A stretch of 64,000 nt of DNA from Amoebidium appalachense (Eukaryota; Protista; Ichthyosporea). Both the position numbers and the translations under genes were made by a program. Each line of letters opens with the position of its first letter. The stretch's first letter is position 1. Below the pieces are notes generated by a model that saw nothing but the letters and a program-made list of their open reading frames with translations, was not told the origin of the DNA and made no database searches. Below, piece after piece: positions 63,095-64,000 of this stretch. Where the stretch lies: the NCBI GenBank assembly GCA_963693365.1, contig CAVNZM010000009.1, positions 9,696,081-9,760,080 of the forward strand, in the 5' to 3' direction.

Positions 63095-64000
63095 ATCTCC
63101 CGTTCCGGAGCAACACTGGCAGATTGGCCCCCCACTTTGCTCCGGCCGAGCTGCTTCGAGCCACCACTACCCTGCAGGAATGCCAGGCCCTGAGTCTCAA
63201 CCTCGACTCTCGGGCCTTTTACTCCCGGGTGCAAAAAGTGTTCATCGATTTCTGTGTGGCATCTCGGCTGCAATCCTCCTCCGGGTCCTCCCTCCCGGCC
63301 TCCCCACACACCGTGCAACTTTTTCTCGCCTGGTGTGCCCAACGAGGGGTACAGGCCTCTTCCTTAACCGGCTACAATTCGGCCATCACCAGGCTCCACC
63401 TCGACATGGGCCTCCCTGCTCCCTACCCCCACGACAAGTCTCTGGCCTGGTTCCTACGGGGGGTGGGCCGATGGCAGCTTTCTCACAACATCCGACCCCG
63501 CTCATCCACCAGGGAACCCCTCCTCCCCTCCCACCTCCACCTACTCCACGGCCAGTGCCCCACCAAGGCCTCCTCGGCCAATCTCCGGCTATGGACGGCC
63601 CTCATCGTCGGTTTCTGTGGTCTCCTCCGTTCAGGGGAATTTACCTCCAAGACCCTGACTTCTTTCGACCCGTCCCGTCACGTTAAACGGAAGGACGTGA
63701 CCTTCAGCTACACCCCCACCGGTACTTTGTCCCATGCCACCCTCCACCTGCCAACCTCTAAGACGGATGTACAGGCCCGAGGTGTCAACGTCACCCTAGC
63801 TGCCCTGCCCCTCACCCACTTCTCCCCAGCCCATCTCCTCCGGCAGTTCCTGGATACAACGTCCGGTCAACCCGACGACCCCCTCTTCAGTCTCGGTGGC
63901 ATCCCCTACACCAAGAGTGCTTTCTCTGCCGATTTCCGTGCCCTCCTCTCCCGGGCAGGCCTCTCACCCTCCCGGTTTGCCGGACACAGCCTCCGCATCG
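63095..64000 (+). CDS. Tyrosine recombinase (Ngaro Z), partial
   Basis: Near-identical to the X and Y YR sequences. Truncated by the window end. Confidence 0.9.

Larger units (their letters stand above)
59381..64000 (+). mobile_element. Ngaro copy Z (runs off the window), apparently intact
   Basis: A1 59381-~59730, gag, RT/RH, YR up to GHSLRI. Confidence 0.93.

Overview
A repeat-dense eukaryotic window with spliceosomal introns full of (CA)n and poly-C/poly-G tracts. The taxon cannot be fixed from the sequence; the intron style and transposon content suggest a unicellular opisthokont such as an ichthyosporean, which is only a guess. Contents from left to right: exons of a SANT/Myb gene with a solo Copia LTR in an intron; a two-AP2-domain terminal exon; a gag-less Copia (7103-12107, TSD AGTGA); a diverged solo LTR; a chromovirus (Gypsy) integrase remnant; and four copies of one Ngaro-type tyrosine-recombinase retrotransposon with split direct repeats (one nested head-to-head inside another, one internally deleted, one cut by the window end). 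A multi-exon Plavaka-family transposase gene (44390->~31716, minus) is broken by a second gag-less Copia and a solo LTR. Head-to-head with it lies a 9-exon gene (45356-53630) with a complete KDM4-like JmjC catalytic core, and ~183-bp tandem arrays bracket this region. Two main candidates for novelty: (1) a putative DNA transposon carrying its own histone demethylase, a possible anti-silencing system; (2) Ngaro RT/RNase H and YR appear to be expressed by alternative splicing from one phase-1 donor in gag. All domain calls are by-eye motif recognition, not database hits.
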